Notes under the pieces: generated by a model | Database searches by the model: none | Told to the model about the DNA's origin: nothing | Seen by the model: the letters and a program-made list of their open reading frames with translations, nothing else | Assembly: GCA_965200315.1 (NCBI GenBank) | Contig: OZ241362.1 | Coordinates: forward strand, 640,001-704,000 | Direction: 5' to 3' | DNA length: 64,000 nt | Source: Candidatus Latescibacterota bacterium | GTDB lineage: Bacteria > Latescibacterota > UBA2968 > UBA8231 | Part shown: one piece after another, positions 51,683 to 61,091 of the stretch | Numbering within the stretch: position 1 is the first letter of the stretch | Layout of the letters: each line of letters starts with the position of its first letter | Position numbers and translations under genes: made by a program

Positions 51683-53254
51683 GTGAATAAACGCAAACTC
51701 CCCATCGGCCTTCAGACGTTCCGCAAAGTGCGCGAGGGGGGCTGCTACTATGTCGATAAGACCGCCTACATCCGCCGCCTGCTCGACGAGGGGGCACACT
51801 ACTTCCTGTCGCGTCCTCGTCGGTTTGGCAAGAGCCTGTTCTTGGACACGCTCAAGGAGTTGTTCGAGGGCAACGAGCCGTTGTTCGAGGGCTTGCACAT
51901 CCACAACCGCTGGGACTGGTCGGTGCGCCATCCGGTAGTGCGACTGGACTTTGGCGGCGGCAACTTCAAAGAGCCGGACGTTCTCCACACAGAGGTGATG
52001 GCACAATTGGACGAGATTGAGGAAGAAACAGGCGTTGAAAGCCGGTATGACATGGCATCGACCCGCTTCCGTGGTCTGCTCCGACGCCTGCATCGCCAAA
52101 CTGGCCAGCCGGTGACCGTGCTGATCGACGAATACGACAAGCCGATCTTGGACGCGCTGGAACGGCCCGACATCGCCCGCGCCAACCGCGACTTCCTGCA
52201 CGGGCTGTATTCCGTCATCAAAGCCAGCGACGCGCACGTGCGCTTCACGTTCATCACCGGCGTGAGTACGTTTTCCAAGGTCAGCCTGTTTTCCGGGCTG
52301 AACAGCCTCAAAGACATCACGCTCGACCCGCGCTATTCGGCGATCTGCGGCTATACCGAGTCAGACTTGGACGCGGTGTTCGCGCCGGAGTTGCCCGGCT
52401 TAGATCGCGCCCAGATCCGCGACTGGTACAACGGCTATAGCTGGGCTTCGACAGGCTCAGCCGCAACGCTGGGCGCCGAGCAAGTGTACAACCCCTTCGA
52501 CATCCTGCTGCTGTTCGACAGCGGCCTGTTCAAAGCCTACTGGTTTGAGACCGGTACGCCGACATTTCTGGTCGAGACGCTGTGCCAACGCCACGTGCGC
52601 TCCTTGGACTTGGACGGCATGGTCGCCAGCGACGAGTTGCTCTCGACGTTTGATGTCGATGACATCGCCACCGAAGCCCTGCTGTTCCAGACCGGCTACC
52701 TGACCATCATCGACGCCAAGGATCGCGGCGGGAGGTGGTTCTATCAGTTGAGCTATCCCAACCGCGAGGTGCGCCAGAGCCTCAACGAGAGCCTACTGAG
52801 CTACTTAGTGCAAGACAGGTCGCGGCAGACGGCCAACAGTGGACGGCTCTACGACCTGCTGGAAGCCAATGACTTCGACGGGTTGCAGACGCTGTTCCAC
52901 GCTTTTTTCGCCAGCATTCCCTACGAGTGGTACACCAACAACGACATCGCGCAGTACGAGGGCTATTACGCCAGCGTGTTCTACTCGTATTTCGCGTCGT
53001 TGGGCTTGGATGTTCGGGTGGAAGACAGCAGCAGCCACGGCCGCACGGACATGGCGGTGTTGTTCAACAGCAACGTCTATTTGTTCGAGTTCAAGGTGGT
53101 GGAACAGGCGTCGGCCGGGTCGGCGCTGGCGCAGTTGCAGGCGCGGGGATATGCGGCTAAGTATCGGGCGTTGGAGCAGCCGATCTATCTGATCGGCGTG
53201 GAGTTTAGCAAGGGCGAGCGCAACCTAGCGGCGTTTGACGTGGAAAAGGCGTGA
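51683..53254 (+). CDS. AAA-ATPase-like protein with C-terminal PD-(D/E)XK nuclease (DUF1703 type)
   Basis: YYVDKT, RPRRFGKS, IDEYDKP, YNGY, GRTD...FEFK, Q...RGY. Confidence 0.92.
   Translation: MNKRKLPIGLQTFRKVREGGCYYVDKTAYIRRLLDEGAHYFLSRPRRFGKSLFLDTLKELFEGNEPLFEGLHIHNRWDWSVRHPVVRLDFGGGNFKEPDVLHTEVMAQLDEIEEETGVESRYDMASTRFRGLLRRLHRQTGQPVTVLIDEYDKPILDALERPDIARANRDFLHGLYSVIKASDAHVRFTFITGVSTFSKVSLFSGLNSLKDITLDPRYSAICGYTESDLDAVFAPELPGLDRAQIRDWYNGYSWASTGSAATLGAEQVYNPFDILLLFDSGLFKAYWFETGTPTFLVETLCQRHVRSLDLDGMVASDELLSTFDVDDIATEALLFQTGYLTIIDAKDRGGRWFYQLSYPNREVRQSLNESLLSYLVQDRSRQTANSGRLYDLLEANDFDGLQTLFHAFFASIPYEWYTNNDIAQYEGYYASVFYSYFASLGLDVRVEDSSSHGRTDMAVLFNSNVYLFEFKVVEQASAGSALAQLQARGYAAKYRALEQPIYLIGVEFSKGERNLAAFDVEKA
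52444..52467 (+). repeat. 24-bp REP-like insertion inside CDS
   Basis: GGCTTCGACAGGCTCAGCCGCAAC adds ASTGSAAT between YNGYSW and LG. Confidence 0.7.
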
Positions 53255-53289
53255 GCAACATTGAAAATCAAATTCCCCCTTTCCTCGTA

Positions 53290-53430
53290 GATCATGTGAT
53301 CCTCTCATTTGGTCGTCACCCCGTATAATAGCCTCCATCGCCACCTCCCGTACCGCAGCCTCAATGTCGGCCCCAGAAAAGCCATCGGACAGATGCACTA
53401 GTTCCTTATATCGCCGAATTTGATTCCGCC
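53290..53430 (-). pseudogene. AAA+ ATPase lid-domain remnant
   Basis: ELVHLSDGFSGADIEAAVRE. Confidence 0.65.
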
Positions 53431-53521
53431 CAATATTGTGCGTATGGCTCAATATGTTCGAGATAATGAGTCGTCTCCACCGGGAGCACGGGCCGCTCGC
53501 CCGCCAACCGCATCGGGCAAA

Positions 53522-54787
53522 CTACGGCCCCTCCCACCGGCTAACCACCTGCTTCTCCTTTTGTACGCGCTCGTACAGGCTCTGCCATTCTTGCGAGCCA
53601 TCGTCCGCCAAAATTTCGGTGCGCACGCCCTCCACATAGGTTCCCGGTACATGGGGGTGCTCCATGTGTATGCAGGTACCGTCGGGATAGACAATGGTGC
53701 TGATCTGCCGCGGTTTCGGGTGGATGTAGAGCGGTCCCCGACGCGCGTGTTCGTCGAGCACCTCCTGAGGAACGCGGAATTGCTCAACCGCCGCTTCATT
53801 AACCTCGACGCCGAGGCCCGGCCCGTCGGGGACCTGCTGGTGCCCGTTGATTACCTGCACAGGCTCAGTCAGCAGATGGTGGCTGTACATATTGATACAA
53901 CTGATGGCCGGCCACCGGGCGTGCGTTAGCACCGAGCCGATATGGGCGTCCCACGTGGTCGTCAACCCATTGCCGACGATCTGCAACCAGAACGGCATGG
54001 AAACTTCCGCAGCGCATTGCCCTTGGCGCATGGTCATTGATTTCCCGCCCCCAATCACAAAGCCGTCGCACACTTCTTCGCGCACCGCCGTGACAAACGG
54101 CGGCGAACCAAAGTGCATGGCCACCGGCCTGTTCACGGCCTGACGAATCTGGCGATTGCCGAGAATATCCTCCTGCGGGATCGGCGTCTCAAACATGGCT
54201 ACGTTTTCATAGCGTTCGAGCTTCTTGATGAGCGGAATGGCATTGCCCGCGTTTTCCCAAGAGCCGTTGGGATCGAGATCGAGATGGAAATGGGGGGGCA
54301 CTACCTTGGATACAGCGTCAACCTGAGCGACGATGTCGTGCCAAGGCCGCGGTTTGTTCTTGAGATTCGTGTACCCCTGCGCCACGGCCTCGGCTGCTTC
54401 CGCGGCCCAGTTTTCCGGCGAGGCGTGACTACACCACCAAGAGATTGGCGTCCAGTCGCGCACTTTGGTGCCTAGCAGCCGATGCACCGGGACTTCAAGT
54501 ATCTTGCCGACCACGTCGAACAGCGCCATCTGCAAACCAGCACCTAGGCTGTCGTCGTTCATCAGTTCGGCCGGGCTTTGACCGATTGTGCGCGCAACCG
54601 CATCATCGGTCACCCGGCCGTAAGTGTAGTGAATGACGGTCTCTCCCCAGCCTAGGTGGCCCGTGTCGGTAGTTACCTTACACAGCTCGAGGATGGACCA
54701 GTTATAGACCGACTGGCGAGTTATCTCCTGCTGTCGGGGCGTGAACGGGACATCGACGATAATGCGTTCGACACTGGTGACTTTCAT
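53522..54787 (-). CDS. Mandelate racemase/enolase superfamily protein
   Basis: GWGE, MALFDVVGK, KNK, DPN, FETP. Confidence 0.87.
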   Translation of the reverse strand: MKVTSVERIIVDVPFTPRQQEITRQSVYNWSILELCKVTTDTGHLGWGETVIHYTYGRVTDDAVARTIGQSPAELMNDDSLGAGLQMALFDVVGKILEVPVHRLLGTKVRDWTPISWWCSHASPENWAAEAAEAVAQGYTNLKNKPRPWHDIVAQVDAVSKVVPPHFHLDLDPNGSWENAGNAIPLIKKLERYENVAMFETPIPQEDILGNRQIRQAVNRPVAMHFGSPPFVTAVREEVCDGFVIGGGKSMTMRQGQCAAEVSMPFWLQIVGNGLTTTWDAHIGSVLTHARWPAISCINMYSHHLLTEPVQVINGHQQVPDGPGLGVEVNEAAVEQFRVPQEVLDEHARRGPLYIHPKPRQISTIVYPDGTCIHMEHPHVPGTYVEGVRTEILADDGSQEWQSLYERVQKEKQVVSRWEGP

Positions 54788-55050
54788 GGGATTTTCCTTT
54801 CAGTAGAGAGAAGTGGGTAGGGTGGTTGAAAGGCAAATGGATCGCTATATCTTTACGGACATGGAAGTGGCCCCAGACTGCACAGGCAAGATAATTTCAC
54901 CTTAACCAGCAATCCAGTTTTCGGTATCCACTAAATAACCACCACCGAGAGGCTACCTCAATGACTGACTGTAGCAACAAAAGAAAAGCGCCCAGACGCC
55001 GCCCGCCCCGCATTCGCCTAAACGCGGGCGCTTGGAGTCCCTTAGTTGAC

Positions 55051-56538
55051 ATGATCGACGTCTTTCCAGGGCACCGTGGCTCCAGTCGGCACGGAGAGCT
55101 GGAGCTCTACGACGCCCCGCTTGGCATTCGCTTTGAGATCGAAGAGGCCGCCAAGTCCGAGCCGATCCTACAGGCAACCATGGAGTGGGAAGGCACCCAC
55201 GTCTCGCCGCTCTACATCTGGCAGCGGGACGGGCGCTATCACCTGCTCTACGACAGTGAAGGCGGCCAGTGTTACGCGGTCAGCGACGATGCTTACAACT
55301 GGACGCGACCCGTCCTCAACGAGGTCGAATGCAACGGATCGTCCAACAACAACCTGCTCGCCAATTCGTGCAAAGGGGCTACCGGCATCTTCCAAGACCC
55401 CAACTCACCCGCTGAGGAGCGCTTCAAGGCGATGGGCGGCCGCATGTACTGGTGGGATCCAGACACCGGCGAAGAGCTGTCTGGAACGGAGCCGTCCCGG
55501 CGCATCAAGGCCGAGCAGGAGCAAGAAAACTACACAGGTCCCCGGGCCGAAATCACCGGCCAGATGTTCGCTTGGACATCACCCGACTGCCTCCACTGGA
55601 CGCCCTTTGCAGAGCCGCTGGCGTACCGGCCGGTCAACGGCGGCATATCGGCCCGCTACGACGAACACCGCGGCAACTACTTCGCCTACATCCAGCTAAT
55701 GGGCTATCCCGCCGAACTCCTCGAAGGCATCGGCGTCAACAGGCTCGAACAGGGCATGCAAATCCGCACGATAGGCTTCTCGCGCACCTCCGACTTTGCC
55801 AGTTGGCCCGCTCCCAAGCTGATCCATCACCCCGATACCGAAGACCCTCCCGACATCAGCTTCTACGGCGCCAACTACTTCCCGTACCCAGGCCGCGACG
55901 ACCTGCACGGCATGCTCATCCCCGTGTACCATCAAATTGCCAGCACCATCGACGGGCAGATCGCCTTCAGCCGCGACGGCCTCTACTGGTCCCGGCCCGA
56001 GCGCCGGCCAATCCTGCCGCTGGGCGCCGAGGGAGACGGCGACGAATGTATGGCCCACTTCTGGCGCAGCGGCCTCGTCGAATTGCCCGACGGCTACTGG
56101 GCCTGTCCCTACGCGGCCTTCTCGGTCATTCACGATTGCCCAGCCGACAAGGTAGATGCGCTCTTTCCGGCGCGGCAGCCACAGCAAATTCGCTGGGCGC
56201 GCTGGCGTCCGCACCGATTCTGCGGAGTACGCGCCAAAGCCGAGGGCTGCTTCTCCCTGCCTTCTCTCTTCCGCATCCACGATGAGCTGCGCCTCAACTA
56301 TCGCTGCGAGCCGGGCGGCTGGATTCAGGTTGAGCTGCTGGAAAAGCTGCCGTCGCTGATGCTTCCCGACGCCGATCCGCGGCCGGGATTTACCTTTGAC
56401 GAGTGCGACCGGCTAACGGGTGATTGCGAAGATCAGGTGGTAACCTGGCAGGGCCGCTCCAACATCTCCGCGGCCGGCGAGGCGGTCGGTATCCGGGTGC
56501 GCATGCTCGGCGCCAAGCTGTTTGCCTATCGAGTCTAA
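55051..56538 (+). CDS. Beta-propeller glycoside hydrolase-like protein
   Basis: Asp-box-like SDDAYNW/SPDCLHW/SRDGLYW; C-terminal LRLNY...GGWIQVEL...AKLFAY module shared with 18615-20072. Confidence 0.7.
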   Translation: MIDVFPGHRGSSRHGELELYDAPLGIRFEIEEAAKSEPILQATMEWEGTHVSPLYIWQRDGRYHLLYDSEGGQCYAVSDDAYNWTRPVLNEVECNGSSNNNLLANSCKGATGIFQDPNSPAEERFKAMGGRMYWWDPDTGEELSGTEPSRRIKAEQEQENYTGPRAEITGQMFAWTSPDCLHWTPFAEPLAYRPVNGGISARYDEHRGNYFAYIQLMGYPAELLEGIGVNRLEQGMQIRTIGFSRTSDFASWPAPKLIHHPDTEDPPDISFYGANYFPYPGRDDLHGMLIPVYHQIASTIDGQIAFSRDGLYWSRPERRPILPLGAEGDGDECMAHFWRSGLVELPDGYWACPYAAFSVIHDCPADKVDALFPARQPQQIRWARWRPHRFCGVRAKAEGCFSLPSLFRIHDELRLNYRCEPGGWIQVELLEKLPSLMLPDADPRPGFTFDECDRLTGDCEDQVVTWQGRSNISAAGEAVGIRVRMLGAKLFAYRV

Positions 56539-56547
56539 CGCATTCCC

Positions 56548-57693
56548 ATGGCCCTCACCTTCCACTGCTCGGTCTGCCAAGTCCCCTATCCCCAAGCCCC
56601 GGCCCCCTACCGCTGCCTCGCTTGCGACGCACCCCTCGAATGCCGGTCCTCCACCCCGACCTTCCCCCGCGACCGGCTCGCCGCCCGCCCCGCCGATATG
56701 TGGCGCTTCCGCCAAGCCCTACCCCCGGTGGGCACCCCGGTCTCTCTCGGCGAGGCCCGCACCCCCCTAATCCCCTTTGATCTGGAGGGCCTGACGGTGC
56801 TAGCCAAATGCGACCACACCCTGCCCACCGGCTCGTACAAAGACCGCGGGGCCGCCCTGCTGATGAGCTATTTACGCACTTTGGGCATAGAGGAAGCAGT
56901 AGAGGACTCCTCGGGCAACGCCGGGGCCTCCCTAGCCGCGTACGCGGCCCGCGCCAAGGTGCGCCTCAAAGTCTTTTGTCCAGCTTCGGCCTCGGTGGGC
57001 AAGCTGGTGCAGATCCGCCTGTACGGTGCCGAACTGGTTGCGGTGGAAGGACCGCGCCCCCGGGCCACCGAGGCTCTACTCGAGTACATGGACCGCACTA
57101 AGGCCGTGTACGCCTCGCACCTGTGGCACCCCCTCTTTATAGAGGGCCTCAAAACCTTGGCCTTTGAACTAGCCGAGCAACTCGACTGGACCGCGCCCGA
57201 CGCCGTGGTCTGTCCGGTGGGAGCCGGCAGCATCTTACTCGGCCTGTACCGCGGCTTTGTCGATTTGCAGCAGGCCGGGCTAGTCAACCGCCTGCCGCGC
57301 CTCATTGCCGTCCAAGCCGAACACGTCTCGCCGTTGTACCAAGCCTTTCACGCCGGCTTGGACGTGGTTCCACCCGCCGTTTCTCCGCGCCCCACCCGGG
57401 CCGAGGGCATTGCCCTACCCCGCCCGGTTAGAGACCGCGAAGTCATCAACGCCTTGCGCCAGTCAGCAGGTACTGTAATCGCCGTCTCCGAAGAGTCCAT
57501 AGTCCGGGGCCTGCGCCAGTTGGGCCGAGCCGGTTTTTGCGTGGAGCCCACTTCAGCCGTGATATGGGACGGCCTGTGCCAAGCCCGGGCCGCCGGTCTG
57601 GTGGAGCCGGGTCAGCGAATCGCGGCCGTGCTTTCGGGGCACGGCCTGAAGGCGGCCCAATCCATCGGCGAGTTGTTAGCAAACGGCGAGTGA
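56548..57693 (+). CDS. Threonine synthase-like PLP enzyme
   Basis: PTGSYKDRG, DSSGNAG, PVGAG, VEPTSA, GHGLK. Confidence 0.88.
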   Translation: MALTFHCSVCQVPYPQAPAPYRCLACDAPLECRSSTPTFPRDRLAARPADMWRFRQALPPVGTPVSLGEARTPLIPFDLEGLTVLAKCDHTLPTGSYKDRGAALLMSYLRTLGIEEAVEDSSGNAGASLAAYAARAKVRLKVFCPASASVGKLVQIRLYGAELVAVEGPRPRATEALLEYMDRTKAVYASHLWHPLFIEGLKTLAFELAEQLDWTAPDAVVCPVGAGSILLGLYRGFVDLQQAGLVNRLPRLIAVQAEHVSPLYQAFHAGLDVVPPAVSPRPTRAEGIALPRPVRDREVINALRQSAGTVIAVSEESIVRGLRQLGRAGFCVEPTSAVIWDGLCQARAAGLVEPGQRIAAVLSGHGLKAAQSIGELLANGE

Positions 57694-57802
57694 TAAGCTT
57701 TTCACTCGCAGAGATCCGCGACTTGGCACTCTCACAGGAACAAATCGACGACCTACTGAGTGAAAAGCGCGAGAAGTTGACTAAAAATAGGTGCTGACCG
57801 GG

Positions 57803-58124
57803 TCACGAACCGCGGCACTGATACGCAATGGCGTAAAAAGCCTGCGGCTGGCCACTGCGATTTGGCTCGCTGCGGTGCCAAGTGTAATTGCTGAAGAACA
57901 GCCCGTCTCCCGGCCTAGTGGCGATTAGCTTCTCTTGGGCAAAGTCCACCTGCTCCAGAGGCACCCGATGGCGTTTGAAAGGCTGAAAGCCGTCGTCGCC
58001 TAAGTGGCCCATGGGCGGATCGTCGTAGTACGATTCGTACTCGATCGGCTGGGATCAATTCTTTGACTAGGCAATAACCTTCTTCGCGGTATTGCCGCCG
58101 GTGCGTCTGTGTCGCTAAAACCAT
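57803..58124 (-). pseudogene. PhyH family remnant with internal deletion
   Basis: YREEGYCLVKELIP joined out of frame to ...PGDGLFF...WHRSEPNRS. Confidence 0.8.
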
Positions 58125-58149
58125 GATTTTCTCCTCTCGTGCGCCCTAC

Positions 58150-58281
58150 CCCGCCTCGACATTTGCCAGAACGCTTCCGAACGCACCGACTGCCCATTGC
58201 GCAATTGCGCCCCCTCGGTGTGCAACCGCTGCACGGCATGCGCGTCCTCCGCGGTCGCCCGCCGCACCGTCCCAGCCTCCT
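58150..58281 (-). pseudogene. Internal fragment, possibly of a GNAT acetyltransferase
   Basis: TVRRATAEDAHAVQRL...VRSEAFWQ. Confidence 0.4.
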
Positions 58282-58402
58282 CTCTTCCAAGTGCTCGGCA
58301 AGAATTCGCGCTTGCCGCTTGGTAGGCCGCAACCGATATTTGAAAGCCTTAAACATATTATATACAACCCTGTCAAGGGACTTCCCGGGGCTATGGTTGC
58401 CG
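58282..58402 (-). mobile_element. tnpB: IS200/IS605-family remnant: left end and tnpB 5' fragment
   Basis: MFKAFKYRLRPTKRQARILAEHLEE from ATG at 58356 is a typical TnpB N-terminus. Confidence 0.8.
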
Positions 58403-58466
58403 CAAAAATTCGCTCCGCTCTGGTCATTCAACCGTAGTCCCGGCTGACAGATAAACGGGTATTGAG

Positions 58467-59591
58467 ATGAAAATCAGCAATCGCGGCATCATCAACCGCG
58501 GCGAGCCCAATACGCCGCGCGCCTTTTCGACCTTTCCCGCACTCACTCCGCTGGCCGACGGCTCGCTGCTAGCGACTTACCGCGTCGGCAGCAGCAAGGA
58601 TTCTGCGGACGGCACGCTCGAACTGAAGCGTTCGGACGATGGCGGGCAGTCTTGGAGCACTGCCGCAACCCCTTTTGCCACGGCCTTAAACGGGCTAAAC
58701 GGCTCGCTCCGGGTCGGCTATATAACCGACCTAGGCAACGGCCACTTGCTGCTCGCCGCCCTGTGGGTGGACCGCCAGACCTATCCGGGCCAACCCCTCT
58801 TCAACGAAGAGACCGAGGGCTGCCTGCCCATGGAGATCGTCATAGCCGACTCCCACGACCTAGGGCGCACTTGGTCCGACTGGCGAGTCGTGTCCGTCCC
58901 CCCGGACGTCGGCCCGCCCAGCCTGACCAACCCCGTCCTCGTCCTGCCCAGCGGGCGGCTGGCCTTGAGCATCGAGACTAATAAAACCTATTTGGACCGG
59001 GACCAGTGGCTGCAACGGGTGGTGTATTTGTACTCGGAAGATCAAGGCCAGACTTGGAGCGAGCCCGTCACCACCTGCCAAGACCCCACCGGCCGCATCT
59101 TTAACTGGGACCAACGCGCCGGGGTCTGCCCCGACGGCCGCGTGATCACCTTTACTTGGACCTACGACCGGCAGACGACCCAATACCTCAATATCCAGCG
59201 CCACCTCAGCGCCGACGAAGGCGCGACTTGGTCTGCCCCCGATGATCTCGGCTTTCCCGACCAAGCCGCGCATCCGGCCATTTTGCCCGACGGCCGCGTG
59301 GTCTTGGCCTATGTAGATCGCTTTCAATCGCACTCGATCCGCGCCCGCCTAGCCCCGGCGGCAGACGCCCCTTTTGACGCGGCCAGCGAAGTAGAGCTAT
59401 ACCGCCAAACCATCAACTCCCCGCAGACCGCGGCCGGCCAAGGCGACACCGGCGACCTACTGGCCGAAATGGGCCTGTGGAGTTTTGGCCTGCCCTTTTC
59501 AGCGGCCCTGCCCGATGGCACCGTCATGGTCGTCTATTACGCCGGCGACGACGACGGCATGGAAGTGCGCTGGGCTCGTTTATCTCTCTAG
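58467..59591 (+). CDS. Sialidase/BNR Asp-box family protein
   Basis: Four Asp boxes (SDDGGQSW, SHDLGRTW, SEDQGQTW, SADEGATW). Confidence 0.87.
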   Translation: MKISNRGIINRGEPNTPRAFSTFPALTPLADGSLLATYRVGSSKDSADGTLELKRSDDGGQSWSTAATPFATALNGLNGSLRVGYITDLGNGHLLLAALWVDRQTYPGQPLFNEETEGCLPMEIVIADSHDLGRTWSDWRVVSVPPDVGPPSLTNPVLVLPSGRLALSIETNKTYLDRDQWLQRVVYLYSEDQGQTWSEPVTTCQDPTGRIFNWDQRAGVCPDGRVITFTWTYDRQTTQYLNIQRHLSADEGATWSAPDDLGFPDQAAHPAILPDGRVVLAYVDRFQSHSIRARLAPAADAPFDAASEVELYRQTINSPQTAAGQGDTGDLLAEMGLWSFGLPFSAALPDGTVMVVYYAGDDDGMEVRWARLSL

Positions 59592-59601
59592 GAGGACGCC
59601 C

Positions 59602-61044
59602 ATGCAGCCGCGCCCCAATCTACTCTACATCCACTCCGACCAGCACAATCCCTACGTCATGGGCTGCGCTGGCGATCCGGTGGTGGAGACGCCGCATCTG
59701 GATCGCCTCGCCGCCGGAGGCGTACAATGCACCGAGGTGTACTGCCCGTCGCCGGTATGCGTGGCCTCGCGCATGGCCATGCTCGCAGGGCGCTACCCCA
59801 GTGCCATCGAGGTGTGGACCAACAATCAGATCCTCGATTCGGGGGTGCCGACCATGGCCCACGCCATGGGATCGGCCGGGTATCGGCCCGTGCTGATCGG
59901 CCGCATGCACTCCATAGGCCCCGACCAATTGCACGGCTATGTCGCTAGGCTGGTGGGCGACCACTCCTCCAATTGGCCCGGCTCGGGGCTGGCCCCGGCC
60001 ATTGGTCGGGCTAGTCTGGAGCAGGCCGGGCCGGGCCAGAGCGCGTACCAAGTACACGACGAGGACGTGACGAGGGAGGCCGTGTACTTTCTAAATCGGC
60101 TGGGGGTGCAAAAGCGCGCCGGTCAAGCCGAAGGTCCCTTCAGCCTCAGCATCGGCTTTATGCTGCCGCATTCTCCCTATTTGGCGCGGCGGCCCCTGTA
60201 CGACTACTACCGAGCGAGAATTCGCCCACCCACAGTGCGCGAGCCTTTTGGCGACCACCTCCATCCGGCAATTCGCTGGTGGCGGGCCCACGGCACTGTG
60301 CAGGACGTGCCCGAGGACTGGGTGCTCAACGCCCGGGCGGCCTATTGGGCCTTGGTCGCCGAGATGGATGGCATGATCGGCCGCATTTTAACGGCCCTGC
60401 GGGAAAACGACTTGGCCGACAATACCCTAGTGGTGTACAGCTCGGATCACGGCGAGTTGGTCGGCGAGCACGGCTTGTGGATGAAGCGGACTTTTTACGA
60501 AGAGTCGGTCAAAGTGCCAGCCATTGTCTCTTGGCCCGGCGTTCTGCCGGCTGGGACGCAATGCGACCGAGTAATGAGCGCCTTGGACCTCAACGCCACC
60601 ATGCTCCAAGCACTGGGGACCCCACCCCTGCCCAATTCGCCGGGGCGGTCGGCTCTGGAGTTGCTGCGTACGGGCCGTGGCGATTGGGAGGATGTAGCCT
60701 TTTCGGAATACGCCCTGCGCGAGGGCCCAGTGCAGCGCATGGTGCGGCGCGGGCCGTGGAAGCTTTGCTACCACTGGCGGGAGCGCCCTCAGTTGTTCAA
60801 TCTAGCAGAAGATCCCCACGAGCGAGTGGACCGGGCCGCCGAGCCAGAGTGCCAAGAGTCGGTGGCCGAGTTGACCGGCTTGGTCTTGGACGGGTGGGAT
60901 CCAGCCCATGTCGCGGCGCGGCTGGAAGCGCGGCAGGCGGATATCGATTTGATCCGCGACTGGGCCGAACAGACCAACACACCCGACCAGTTCCGCTGGG
61001 AGCAGCGTCCAGCAATGACCTATCAGGAGCCTCCATCTGGTTGA
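59602..61044 (+). CDS. Sulfatase (choline-sulfatase-like)
   Basis: HSDQH, CVASR, GRMH, PH, SDHG; RBS AGGAGG. Confidence 0.92.
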   Translation: MQPRPNLLYIHSDQHNPYVMGCAGDPVVETPHLDRLAAGGVQCTEVYCPSPVCVASRMAMLAGRYPSAIEVWTNNQILDSGVPTMAHAMGSAGYRPVLIGRMHSIGPDQLHGYVARLVGDHSSNWPGSGLAPAIGRASLEQAGPGQSAYQVHDEDVTREAVYFLNRLGVQKRAGQAEGPFSLSIGFMLPHSPYLARRPLYDYYRARIRPPTVREPFGDHLHPAIRWWRAHGTVQDVPEDWVLNARAAYWALVAEMDGMIGRILTALRENDLADNTLVVYSSDHGELVGEHGLWMKRTFYEESVKVPAIVSWPGVLPAGTQCDRVMSALDLNATMLQALGTPPLPNSPGRSALELLRTGRGDWEDVAFSEYALREGPVQRMVRRGPWKLCYHWRERPQLFNLAEDPHERVDRAAEPECQESVAELTGLVLDGWDPAHVAARLEARQADIDLIRDWAEQTNTPDQFRWEQRPAMTYQEPPSG

Positions 61045-61091
61045 TCCTCCACCTTTAGACGCCTATATTGCCCCGCGCCCGGAGCATCCCC

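Noticed and set aside
58358-58377. TTGACA...TATAAT on the minus strand before tnpB
   Set aside because: Spacer is only about 8 bp, not a sigma70 promoter geometry.
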